Shown here one piece after another: positions 25,877 through 35,401 of a stretch of 39,668 bases of DNA. The DNA comes from a virus, in IMG/VR virus record IMGVR_UViG_3300045988_090415, positions 1 through 39,668 of that record; one strand, written 5' to 3'. How positions within the stretch are numbered: position 1 is the stretch's first letter; every line of letters begins with the position of its first letter. Below the pieces are notes generated by a model. That model made no database searches, was not told the origin of the DNA, and saw only the letters and a program-made list of their open reading frames with translations. A program made the position numbers and the translations under genes.

Positions 25877-28132
25877 ATGCCCACAACACAAACCAGTAAT
25901 GCGATAGGTACTGCTAGGCAGTTCACACAACAGCCTCCGCAGACTTATCAACGTCAGCTTATCCTCCCTCGCTTTGGGGAGAACGTCAGGGCTTCTGAAA
26001 CAACACAGGGTGCGGCTTTAGCCCGTTCCCTTGGTGTTCTCAGTGCGGCTGTGGAGCAGTATCGAGTAGATTATGATAAGCGACAAAGAGAGATTGCAGA
26101 CAAAGTTGTCCCTATTCTTTACGGTCAGAACGATCATAATACTCGGCTTACGATGAATAGTATTGCCATGCTTCAACAGGCAGGTATTGGTGATTTGCAA
26201 GATAACCCTTATGCCCTTGCCATGGTAGACCAGTTGAGAGGGCAAGAAATCTCGTCAGAAGTCCACAAGAAGTATGAGGCCTATGTGTCTCAGATGAAAC
26301 TTCCCGAAAATTTAGGGAAGGAAATTCAGAACTACGATGACTTCTTCAATGAGAACGTTCAGAAATATCTGGACAATATCACGGTAAACAATAAGTATGC
26401 TCTGAACAACGGCTTGTATGAATCCCGTGTTGTGAATACAGGTAAAGTAGCCAGTAAGTTCATTGCAGAGAAGACAGAAGAAATGTCTATCAACCGTTCA
26501 GAATCTATTGCCTCTTTTGTCTCAGAGAACACACGAAACCGCTGGAACTGGACAGATGAGGATAGAGAGAACTTTGCAAATCAGCTAGGAAACATGCTCA
26601 CCACGACACAGGAGCGTGACCCGACAAAGAACTATCAGATTCTTCAGAATATGCTGAAGACGGTAGCCCTGAACACAGGGGACTACTCTCTGATTCAGAA
26701 AATTGGGGAGACACCACTGTATGGTGGAGCAACGAAGGTTAGTGACTACATCAACGTAGAGCAGTTTAAGGATGTTGCCAATGAATCCAATAGAACTCAC
26801 TGGATGCAGAGAACACGAGATGTCTATGATAAGATGTCAAAGGCGAAAGACAAAAAGTCTCTATTCGCTATTGTAGATGGCCTTGAGAATCCTGAAGACA
26901 AACAGATTGCCGCTGAATTTGTGTCTGGCCGTTTGTCTGCTATTGAGGCTGAACAAAGAGCGCAGAGGAATATTGCAAGAGCCGCCGCCGCAAGTGCGAC
27001 AAAAGCTCAGGTTGGTAATATGAATATGAAGGCACAGCTTGAAGCTGTCATGAATGGGCAGACACAGGATGCCATGGGCAACGGGATTGCCACTTCTTCT
27101 GAACAGTATAAGGCTTTGGGCTTTACTGAAGCACAGCTTGTGTTAGCTGTTAATGACGCTTACAATGGGCTTGATTTGTCTAAACCTGAAGACTTATCTA
27201 AGATGATGCGTCTGGCCTATCACCCTGCTTTTCATAACTTTCTTGCTCGTTCGTATACGCTCAATGCTACAGCAGGGGTAAATAGCCTGACCGTCAATGG
27301 TGAGATGTCTCCCATGCTCCAGCGTGTAGTAGATCTTTATCAGCAATCTCCTGAAATGTGTAATTCCCTTTTGTCTGAAGATACCTTAAAGGCTTCTATT
27401 GCTTGTATTGCCAATGAGGGTGTAGACAAATTCATGGGGGTTCGCAATATCTTAGGTAATTCTGAACAGCTGAAGCAGGTAGATGCTGATTTGGCTCCTT
27501 ACATAGAAGACACTTTGTCTGGTTCTTCCTTACCTCCTCTGGCTGGTGGGGATACTTACGAAGGCTTTTCCTATGCAAGCCCTAACTCAGGTGACTTACG
27601 GGAGCTTTTCAAGAGTCACGCCCGTGTCTTTCGGGCTATGGGTATGTCTGCTAATGATGCTTGTAATAATGCGAAGTATAAGATTGCTAGTGAATACTAC
27701 GTCTTCAATGGTGCACCGATTCCTAAGAGTGCCGTTAACTTGGTAAACATTGGGGGTACGGATGAAGACACATCTCGTTCTGCCTTCTATTGGGTTCTGG
27801 CTACTCGGCTTAAAGATTACTGTGGTGGTACAGTGAACCCCGATGATGTACAAGTCAGTTTTGTAGTAGGTAATGCCAGTGGTAATTCCATGATTACATT
27901 TTTGTCTTCTCGTGGCTATCAACAGGTAGCTCTCAGTGATATTGTGTCTGAAGCAAAGGCGAACTTAGAGCAGTCTGGCAATCAGACATATGCCGCACCT
28001 GAGGAAGAAACTAGCAGTCAAGAAGATGACACACCAACATACCAGTACACAGAAACGTCACAGTACGTAGACCCAGGGGATTCCTCTTGGCAAAGTGATG
28101 TCGGTAATTTTATTTCCAATTTATTTGGATAG
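25877..28132 (+). CDS. Internal virion protein, gp15-like
   Basis: 751 aa (T7 gp15 is about 747 aa). Synteny. Confidence 0.65.
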   Translation: MPTTQTSNAIGTARQFTQQPPQTYQRQLILPRFGENVRASETTQGAALARSLGVLSAAVEQYRVDYDKRQREIADKVVPILYGQNDHNTRLTMNSIAMLQQAGIGDLQDNPYALAMVDQLRGQEISSEVHKKYEAYVSQMKLPENLGKEIQNYDDFFNENVQKYLDNITVNNKYALNNGLYESRVVNTGKVASKFIAEKTEEMSINRSESIASFVSENTRNRWNWTDEDRENFANQLGNMLTTTQERDPTKNYQILQNMLKTVALNTGDYSLIQKIGETPLYGGATKVSDYINVEQFKDVANESNRTHWMQRTRDVYDKMSKAKDKKSLFAIVDGLENPEDKQIAAEFVSGRLSAIEAEQRAQRNIARAAAASATKAQVGNMNMKAQLEAVMNGQTQDAMGNGIATSSEQYKALGFTEAQLVLAVNDAYNGLDLSKPEDLSKMMRLAYHPAFHNFLARSYTLNATAGVNSLTVNGEMSPMLQRVVDLYQQSPEMCNSLLSEDTLKASIACIANEGVDKFMGVRNILGNSEQLKQVDADLAPYIEDTLSGSSLPPLAGGDTYEGFSYASPNSGDLRELFKSHARVFRAMGMSANDACNNAKYKIASEYYVFNGAPIPKSAVNLVNIGGTDEDTSRSAFYWVLATRLKDYCGGTVNPDDVQVSFVVGNASGNSMITFLSSRGYQQVALSDIVSEAKANLEQSGNQTYAAPEEETSSQEDDTPTYQYTETSQYVDPGDSSWQSDVGNFISNLFG

Positions 28133-28178
28133 AAAGGAGGTGTCTTAAATAGGCAAAAAAGAGACAATAGCACAGTTT

Positions 28179-31100
28179 ATGTATAACATAGGCAACAAAG
28201 AGTCTGGCATGGACTACACTCTACCTAACTCAAGTGGTTCAGGTGCTTCAGGTGCATACCAGTTCATGCAGGGTACTTGGGATTCCTATGCTGAAAAGGT
28301 AGCCCCTGAGTATGTTGGGGTAGCTCCGATGAACGCTCCTGCTGAAGTTCAGGATGCCGTCATGTATGAAAAGACCTCCGAAATGTACGACCGCTATGGT
28401 GGCAACATTCAACTGATGGCCTTAGAACACTATGGAGGCATGGGAGCCGCTGATGAAGCCATGAGAACGGGACACATCCCCGAAAATGCTGAATGGTGCA
28501 ATGGGGACGAGTATCCTTCTCGGGCTTCCTATGCAAGAGAAATTGCTGAGAGCATGGGTCAGGCAGTTCCTAATTTAAATGCTTTTGCAGGAGCTTTTGC
28601 TAAAGGAGGTAAAATTACCGCAGGTAATCCCTCCTTTTCCTTAGTCCTTGACGAAAGTCCGCTGGAAATAGCTAGGATGAATGACAGGCCCTTCTGGGAC
28701 AAATTGGAAGACTCATTCAAGAACATGTGGTATGAAAATGGTACGATTGCGGCTATGCGTGTGGGGTTAGCCAAAATGAACGCCAATCCCTACTACAGCA
28801 CATGGAAGGCTACAGACGAAGACATAAAGCTCCTAGACGAAGTATTGGGGGATAACAAGGTAGCAAAAGACTCCGTACTGTTAAATGCTGAAAATCCTGA
28901 GCAGTTCAAGGCTCTTCTGAAGATGAAGAAAGAAGACATAGAGCGAGAGAAGAGAGCAGAACAAACTAACTTTGGTCTTCACTCGGTTATTGGTGGAGCC
29001 TTGGGGATGCTATTAGACCCTCTGAATCTCATCCCGTTTGTTGGTGAGGAAGCCTTTTTAGCAAAGGTTGGCGCAAGGTTAGGGGCTAAAGCTCTCGTGT
29101 CTTTAGGTTCTAAGCGTGTCATGAAAATTGCGGAGACCGCCGCTGTACAAGGGGCCTTAAATATGGCTGACAGAGGTCTTGCGGAACGCTATGGGATTCA
29201 CGAAGCCAACTATGCAGTGGCAGGTGTCTTAGGTGTTGCAGGTGGTGCTGGTATCCGCTTCCTCCGTACTATGAGGGAACTGAATGTTCCTATGAATGGG
29301 GAGCATATGCAACGGTTCCTTTATCAATCCGAAAGGATGCAGGATCAGGCTGTGCAAGGAGCCTTAGATATTGCAGACAAAAGAGCGGTACAAACACACT
29401 CTCTCTTGAACACGGGAGCTCCCATAGAGAAACAACTTGACGACTTCTTAGGTGGTACTCCTACTTTGTCTAAAAAAGAAAGCAAGGCTTTAGGTAAATC
29501 CCTTGGAAAATTGTTACCTGAAGAAGATGTAGAGAAAGTAGTGGGTAAGAGAGCCTCGAAGCTCCTGAGAGATGCAAAGTTATCTGGAGATGCTACCGTC
29601 ACTGATTTATTGCAGAAAGCAGGTAGTAGTCCCTCTTTAGGTGCTAAGGTACGCAAGGCTATTGAAAAGTATCGCAAGACACCTATGTCTGATAGAACAT
29701 GGAATGATTACCTTACTAGCAAGGGGGTAAACCCTGAAGCTGGAGTAAATCGTGTGAAGCTGGCAGAGGAAGCCTTGCAGGATGATAAGAAAGCCCGTGT
29801 TTTGCAGGATTGGGTTAAGAAGACAAAAGGTGAGGACATTTCTGTTGATGACTTACGAGTTGGCTTAAAACAAATCTTGTATCGTGAATCTGGCGTAGGG
29901 TACACAAAAAACGAGGATGCCCTTATCATTAATGGTACAGTTGTCAGGGAGAATAGTCCTGTATACGACGCTATTGTACACCCTGAAATATATAACCCTG
30001 TAAGCGTTCCTATGTCTATACCGAGAAGTGAAGAGCGTGTTGTCTCGGAACACTACGTACCGCCTAAGAAAGACAAACAGCCTACAGTGTCTAAGGCCGA
30101 ACAGGAAGCCTTCACTAACGATGTCGAGATGGGTTCAAAGACACTGAGAGAAGTGGAAGACGAAAATCAACGAGGATTCAAGAGTCGTGTCATGAAATAT
30201 ATTGGCCGTAAAATGGAAGACTCTAAGTACCTTGGTGATACCTACGGCCACTTTACCAACTCTGTGTCTAACCACCTTAGGGACTTTGGACGTAAGATGC
30301 TTGGCGACCCTAGACAAAATGCTGAACGTCATGCTCAAGGTCTTTCTTTGGACTTCTCTACTCGCAAGAGTGTTATGCAGAGACAGCTCAGAGAGTATAT
30401 TGGTGGAATGAGACAATGCTACAGAGACTACTTCGCTCAACATGTAGGAGCGCCCTCGAAAGTGCGTAGACAGTTTGGCAAGGAGTTCATTCAGGCTTAT
30501 GACCAGAAAGTAAAGTATGGTAGAAGTATTGAGGGATTCTCGAAGGAGATTCAGGAAGCTGTCAAACAGGCTGAAAATTTCCGTAAGATGGAACAGGAGT
30601 TCTTGCGTAGAACAGGGGCTTTGACACGGGATATTCCTGACACTGGTTTTTATCGTAGAGCAGATGTAGACAAAGTAGCTGAGTTCCTTACGAACTTTGA
30701 TTCTGAACAGGACGCTATTGATTGGCTTGCTAATTATGCCAGTAAGAACGCTGATAGAGACGCTCTGGAACGGATGCGTGTTATTGAAGAACCTGACATG
30801 GAGCTGAGTGAGTATGTAGACAGAGAAGCTCGTAATTGGGCCTATGGTATTATTGACCGCAATTTGTCTAATGCAAAGGTTACTATGCGTGACCTGAATC
30901 ATATGGACAAATTAGAGCAGTACCAGAGACGGTTCCCTATGGACACTTCTGCCCTGTCTGACAAAACAATGCCAAACGGTGAATACTTTACCTTTGATGA
31001 TTGCTTGAGAGACTACGATGTATTCTCAACGATGGAACAGGTAGCAAATCGTAGTTCTGCTAAGGCTACCATGTCTTCCCTTGGTGTCAAGGATATGGGA

Positions 31101-32732
31101 GCGTTCTTTGATGGCTACAGAGACAAAATAGAACGAGAACTACGGAAGGCAAATGAGACACGTAGGCTGATTAAACACAGTGATGTATCAGATGCCTTGG
31201 AAGAGTTCGACTACGTTGTCTCTCAGCTTACTGGGTATCGCTACGGCACTAAGCGTTCTCAAGACCCTATGAACGGTGTCGTTCGCTTATTGACTAAGAT
31301 GTCCTATGCAATGAATGGTTACAACATGGGGCTGAATCAGATTGGGGAAAACTTCGGGATGATGTCGGTTACTGGTATGAGAGCTATTGGCAACATGATT
31401 CCTGGGTTAGACAAAATTCTCCATGGGATGCGTACTACTACGTTGTCTCATGATGAGCTGAAGAAACTCAGGATTGCCGCTGATTACTCACAGTATAACT
31501 TCTTGAATCCTATGGATTTGTCAACACCTAAGTATGACCGTATTGGCCTCCGTGCAAAGGTCATGGGTAAGCTGAATACGGCTGTAGATTACGCCTCTGA
31601 CATTACTTCTATGCTAAACCAGTTGAGCGCATGGACAGAAAGAGCTGTTAGCATGGGGGAAGCAGATGTTATGTCTGACCTTATCGACTGGGCTGTATTG
31701 GGACGAAAAGGACACCTGTTCAATGACAATGCTTTTAAGAATGTAGGAGTACGAGACACAGGTAAGTTCAAGGATACCATTAACAAATACTTTGGGAATC
31801 TTGACCATAACGACCCTGACGCTGTGTTCAAAGCTATTCAGAAGATGCAGGAAGAAGATTATACCTCCTATGTCTCTATGAGGGCCTTTACAGCACAGGC
31901 GGTACAGCGAGGTATCATCCAGCCTAATTTGTCTAATGCTAATTACTTTACGAAGACTGGGCTGTTCCCGATGCTCTTACAGTTTAAGAACTTCTCTCGT
32001 ATGGCTATTAACAGTCACCTTGCAAGAGCCTTGGAACGACCAGACAAAGAAGCAATGACACAGCTGTTAAGTTCTGCTGTTGCCGGCGCTGGCATTTGGG
32101 CCTTGCGTACTCAGGTGTATGCAGATTGGAAATATAAGGACGAAGCAGAGCGCAAGAAGTTCCTTGACGACACACTGACTCCTGACAACTTTGCTCGTGC
32201 TGGTATTACTCGGTCTTCTCTGTTGGCTGGTCTATCCTTTGGGAATGACCTGTACGAAGCTGTGTCGGGTGCGCCTACGGTACGTACTACGGTAAATCGA
32301 CAGGGTGGTTCTTCACAAGGACTTGGTAGTTACATAGATCAGCTTCCTGCCGTAGCCTCTCTGAATACTGTGAAAGATGGTATTGGGAGTGCATGGAGTG
32401 CATTGAATGACCTTGTAGTAGACAATCGGGTATATCAGGATGATAGTAAGACGATTGCAAATATGTTCCCTCTGGATAAATTTATAGGTACGCAAGCAGT
32501 TTTGTCTGGACTCCTTGATATGCATAAGGGACAAATCAGTCAGGATAGTTTTTCTAAACGCCCTGAAACAAAACCTTCTAGGAATCCAATTCAGATGTTT
32601 CAGAAAGTCGTGACAGGAACAAACGATGTAGAGGAAGCTAAGGAGAAGCAGAAGGAGACACAGAAGGCGCACAACAAGAAGAAAAAGCAGGAACAACGTA
32701 AATATTTAAATATGAGTGGAGGTAAATGGTGA
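28179..32732 (+). CDS. Internal virion protein gp16-like with N-terminal lytic transglycosylase domain
   Basis: SLT-like NKESG...GAYQFMQGTW...EHYGG. DPLNLIPFVGEE and QFKNFSRMAINSHL resemble T7 gp16 (DPLSYVPMVG, QFKSFTIKSLNSKF). The true start is probably upstream, in-frame from 28149 (see finding). Confidence 0.85.
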   Translation: MYNIGNKESGMDYTLPNSSGSGASGAYQFMQGTWDSYAEKVAPEYVGVAPMNAPAEVQDAVMYEKTSEMYDRYGGNIQLMALEHYGGMGAADEAMRTGHIPENAEWCNGDEYPSRASYAREIAESMGQAVPNLNAFAGAFAKGGKITAGNPSFSLVLDESPLEIARMNDRPFWDKLEDSFKNMWYENGTIAAMRVGLAKMNANPYYSTWKATDEDIKLLDEVLGDNKVAKDSVLLNAENPEQFKALLKMKKEDIEREKRAEQTNFGLHSVIGGALGMLLDPLNLIPFVGEEAFLAKVGARLGAKALVSLGSKRVMKIAETAAVQGALNMADRGLAERYGIHEANYAVAGVLGVAGGAGIRFLRTMRELNVPMNGEHMQRFLYQSERMQDQAVQGALDIADKRAVQTHSLLNTGAPIEKQLDDFLGGTPTLSKKESKALGKSLGKLLPEEDVEKVVGKRASKLLRDAKLSGDATVTDLLQKAGSSPSLGAKVRKAIEKYRKTPMSDRTWNDYLTSKGVNPEAGVNRVKLAEEALQDDKKARVLQDWVKKTKGEDISVDDLRVGLKQILYRESGVGYTKNEDALIINGTVVRENSPVYDAIVHPEIYNPVSVPMSIPRSEERVVSEHYVPPKKDKQPTVSKAEQEAFTNDVEMGSKTLREVEDENQRGFKSRVMKYIGRKMEDSKYLGDTYGHFTNSVSNHLRDFGRKMLGDPRQNAERHAQGLSLDFSTRKSVMQRQLREYIGGMRQCYRDYFAQHVGAPSKVRRQFGKEFIQAYDQKVKYGRSIEGFSKEIQEAVKQAENFRKMEQEFLRRTGALTRDIPDTGFYRRADVDKVAEFLTNFDSEQDAIDWLANYASKNADRDALERMRVIEEPDMELSEYVDREARNWAYGIIDRNLSNAKVTMRDLNHMDKLEQYQRRFPMDTSALSDKTMPNGEYFTFDDCLRDYDVFSTMEQVANRSSAKATMSSLGVKDMGAFFDGYRDKIERELRKANETRRLIKHSDVSDALEEFDYVVSQLTGYRYGTKRSQDPMNGVVRLLTKMSYAMNGYNMGLNQIGENFGMMSVTGMRAIGNMIPGLDKILHGMRTTTLSHDELKKLRIAADYSQYNFLNPMDLSTPKYDRIGLRAKVMGKLNTAVDYASDITSMLNQLSAWTERAVSMGEADVMSDLIDWAVLGRKGHLFNDNAFKNVGVRDTGKFKDTINKYFGNLDHNDPDAVFKAIQKMQEEDYTSYVSMRAFTAQAVQRGIIQPNLSNANYFTKTGLFPMLLQFKNFSRMAINSHLARALERPDKEAMTQLLSSAVAGAGIWALRTQVYADWKYKDEAERKKFLDDTLTPDNFARAGITRSSLLAGLSFGNDLYEAVSGAPTVRTTVNRQGGSSQGLGSYIDQLPAVASLNTVKDGIGSAWSALNDLVVDNRVYQDDSKTIANMFPLDKFIGTQAVLSGLLDMHKGQISQDSFSKRPETKPSRNPIQMFQKVVTGTNDVEEAKEKQKETQKAHNKKKKQEQRKYLNMSGGKW

Positions 32733-34417
32733 ATAGTGTGAATTTAAAAGCGAGCGTTTCCTTTGTGGGAGATGGCTCTACGAATAAATTTTACTTTGGG
32801 TTCGACTATATCAATAAGCAGTTCGTGAAGGTGCAAGTGGGGGCTGAGAGTTCTCCCCTCACTTACCTGTCTGACTATACTGTGGATGATCGTAGTGTTA
32901 CCCTAACGGATACTCCTGCTGTAGGGGTAGCTATCAGGGTATACCGTGAGACTCCTTCAGACAGGATTATTGAGTGGGCAGATGGGGCTTTTATTAAGGC
33001 ATCCCAGATGACACTGGAAAATTTACAGCAGTTACATTTGATTGAAGAAGCGCAGGATTACCCTATTCTTAATTCTTTGTCTAAATATCCTGATGGTTTT
33101 AATTTTAATGCTTTGGGTTCCCGTATTATTGGTGTAAGTGACCCTAGAGACCCCCAAGATGTCGTAACGAAACACTACATGGAGAGTGTGCAGGACGGCT
33201 TTGTAGCTCGTAACACTTCCTTATTGGAACAGACAACTACACAAGCGACCAATGCCAAAAATAGTGCGTCCAGTTCAGCTACATCAGCTTCCCAGAGTGC
33301 TTCTAGTGCCAGTGCTTCTGAAACATCTAATCAGTCTGCTAAGAAGTGGGCTGAGTCTACAGATTCCCCAGACAATCAGGCAGATACGGACAGCACGACA
33401 GGAAAGACACAGAGTAGTCGTAGTTGGGCATTGTATAGTAAGGCAAAAGCACAGGAAGCGGAAACGTCTGCAACGAACGCTAAGACCTCGGAGACAAACG
33501 CAAAGGCTTCTGAAACCAATGCGAAAACCTCGGAAACGAAAGCGGCTACGTCGGAAGCTAATGCAAAGACTTCGGAAACTAATGCTAAGTCCTCGGAAAC
33601 TAAATCTAAGGATTCTGAAAATGCCGCTCGTGTGTCTGAACAGAACGCCGCTGAGAGCGCAAGGGTGGCAACGGAGAACGCTATGGACTTCAATATGTTG
33701 AAGCGAAATAAAGCGTACTCCATTGGTGACATTGCATATTCTTCTTACCTTCCTTCATGGGCAAGGCTGGAATGTGTCACAGCAGGTACAACGGCAGACA
33801 CAGTACCTTTCTCTATTACTACGGTGTCTAGTGGTGGGGTACTAATTAGTGATGGTACAGTAACTTGGATTGTTGATGATGTACGGGATATGACGCCTGT
33901 TGGGTGTATACGAGGGAGTTTGTTCTTACCTAAAGGGTACATTAAGGCCAATGGGGCTCCGGTATATAGGGCAGATTATCCAAGACTCGTACAGTTTATA
34001 GACAGTAATAATTTATGGACGGATGACACAGCGAATAATGCAGGGTTGTTCGGTAAGGGAGATGGGAACAGTACCTTTGTGCTTCCTGATTATCGGGAGC
34101 GTATGCTTCAATATACAGATGGGTATATAGGTAGGCAGAGATACGCAGGTCTCCCTAATCTTTGGGGTGGGTTTAGTGCTACGAGTAATGTAGCAAGAAA
34201 TGTTCCTTCTTCTGTGCTTATAAAGGCTGGTGGCTGTATGAGAAATAACAGCGTGACACAGGATATTGTTACTCTTCATACAGGAACGCATGATGTAACA
34301 CTTTTTGATACTTATGACCAGGTAATTTTTGACGCCAGCACTTTTAATAGTATTTATGGTTCATCAACCACAGTTCAGCCCCCTTCAATCAACGTCATCC
34401 CTGTAATTAGATACTAG
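32726..34417 (+). CDS. Tail fiber: T7 gp17-like N-terminal adaptor, heptad-repeat shaft, C-terminal phage tail-collar domain
   Basis: The N-terminal roughly 110 aa parallel T7 gp17 (ends LHLIEEAQD versus MHVAEEARD). C-terminal KANGAPVYRADYPRLVQFI...GDGNSTFVLPDYRERML fits the tail-collar motif. Confidence 0.85.
   Translation: MVNSVNLKASVSFVGDGSTNKFYFGFDYINKQFVKVQVGAESSPLTYLSDYTVDDRSVTLTDTPAVGVAIRVYRETPSDRIIEWADGAFIKASQMTLENLQQLHLIEEAQDYPILNSLSKYPDGFNFNALGSRIIGVSDPRDPQDVVTKHYMESVQDGFVARNTSLLEQTTTQATNAKNSASSSATSASQSASSASASETSNQSAKKWAESTDSPDNQADTDSTTGKTQSSRSWALYSKAKAQEAETSATNAKTSETNAKASETNAKTSETKAATSEANAKTSETNAKSSETKSKDSENAARVSEQNAAESARVATENAMDFNMLKRNKAYSIGDIAYSSYLPSWARLECVTAGTTADTVPFSITTVSSGGVLISDGTVTWIVDDVRDMTPVGCIRGSLFLPKGYIKANGAPVYRADYPRLVQFIDSNNLWTDDTANNAGLFGKGDGNSTFVLPDYRERMLQYTDGYIGRQRYAGLPNLWGGFSATSNVARNVPSSVLIKAGGCMRNNSVTQDIVTLHTGTHDVTLFDTYDQVIFDASTFNSIYGSSTTVQPPSINVIPVIRY
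33464..33652 (+). repeat. Nine tandem 21-bp (heptad TSETNAK-type) repeats inside the tail fiber gene
   Basis: TSATNAK, TSETNAK, ASETNAK, TSETKAA, TSEANAK, TSETNAK, SSETKSK, DSENAAR, VSEQNAA, read in frame. These repeats also generate the spurious overlapping ORFs at 33252-33701 (+) and 33376-33732 (-). Confidence 0.8.
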
Positions 34418-34435
34418 AAAGGAGTTGTTAAAATA

Positions 34436-34780
34436 ATGGAAGATAAAGTAAAAATAGTCTATGCTTTTAATCTTTTAACTAAGGAATATGAAGGGTCTAA
34501 AGTGCTTGATAAAACTGACCAGAGTCCGATAAGTGGTGCTTGGCAAATTCCTTGTAATATGGTAGAAGTAACTCCCCCTGAAATTCCAGAAGATCACAAA
34601 TGTATCTGGGATGGTACGCAGTGGATTCTTAAAGAAGTTGAAAAACCAAAAGAACCTGAAATTCCAGAAATATCGCAGGTTCCAGAAAGCACAACACAGA
34701 CACCTTCTTTGTCTGGACGCATTGCAGCTATTGAGGATGCTGTCAACACCTTAATGGAAGGAGTGGGTACAAATGGCTAA
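34436..34780 (+). CDS. Hypothetical protein, possibly a tail-fiber assembly/chaperone-like protein
   Basis: 114 aa directly after the fiber gene, with an AAGGAG RBS. Assigned by position only. Confidence 0.35.
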   Translation: MEDKVKIVYAFNLLTKEYEGSKVLDKTDQSPISGAWQIPCNMVEVTPPEIPEDHKCIWDGTQWILKEVEKPKEPEIPEISQVPESTTQTPSLSGRIAAIEDAVNTLMEGVGTNG

Positions 34781-34937
34781 ATACTTAGCATATCAGATTA
34801 TCTTACATAAATTGATGTATAACAACGTTATTGCAAGGTTCCCTAAGTACAAAGAAGATATTGACAAGGTACTTGACGATATGGGATGGATGATTGACAC
34901 AGAAGGTAACTGCGTAGGTAAGGAAGATGAAAAATGA
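34773..34937 (+). CDS. Hypothetical small protein (54 aa) upstream of the holin
   Basis: Below the ORF-track cutoff. MAKYLAYQIILHKLMYNNVIARFPKYKEDIDKVLDDMGWMIDTEGNCVGKEDEK. Overlaps its neighbours by 8 nt and by ATGA. Confidence 0.4.
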   Translation: MAKYLAYQIILHKLMYNNVIARFPKYKEDIDKVLDDMGWMIDTEGNCVGKEDEK

Positions 34938-35401
34938 AACGAGGTACACTACACAAAATGATTAACACAGTCTGGAATTTATGGACAGCCACAGAGGTAA
35001 AGATTGGCTGTCTTTTTTCTATTGCTTGGTTGTGTTTCAATCAGCTTGTGGGTGGCGTGGATGAGCAGATTAATGCCTTGGTCGCCCTTGTGGCCTGCGA
35101 TATTATCACGGGCCTTTGGGCTTCCTTTAAACTCCATGCTTTCGCAAGTTCGATTGCCACACACGGCCTGTACAAAAAAGCCACGATGTTCCTTATCATT
35201 GGGCTGGGTGTCTTATTAGATTCTGCCATGCATACTCATATGGTACGGACGCTTTTTATTGGGGCTTTCGCAATTGTGGAAGCTTTAAGTATTGTGGAAA
35301 ATATTGATCGTGCTGGTTATGGTCAGTATATTCCTAGTTTTATTCGGGGTGCTTTAGCACAGATTGCACATGAGAAGAAGGTGGACAAATTAGATGATTA
35401 G
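34934..35401 (+). CDS. Holin (phage_holin_4_1 / phi-LC3-type family)
   Basis: Multiple TM segments and the family pattern ...DIITGLWASF...GLYKKATMFLIIGLGVLLD...IVEALSIVENIDRAGY..IP. Immediately upstream of the endolysin. Confidence 0.75.
   Translation: MKRGTLHKMINTVWNLWTATEVKIGCLFSIAWLCFNQLVGGVDEQINALVALVACDIITGLWASFKLHAFASSIATHGLYKKATMFLIIGLGVLLDSAMHTHMVRTLFIGAFAIVEALSIVENIDRAGYGQYIPSFIRGALAQIAHEKKVDKLDD

Noticed and set aside
33252-33732. Overlapping ORFs at 33252-33701 (+) and 33376-33732 (-) with highly repetitive R/K-rich or A/S/F-rich translations.
   Set aside because: They are alternative-frame and antisense readings of the 21-bp tandem repeats inside the tail fiber gene, whose own frame gives a coherent heptad coiled coil.
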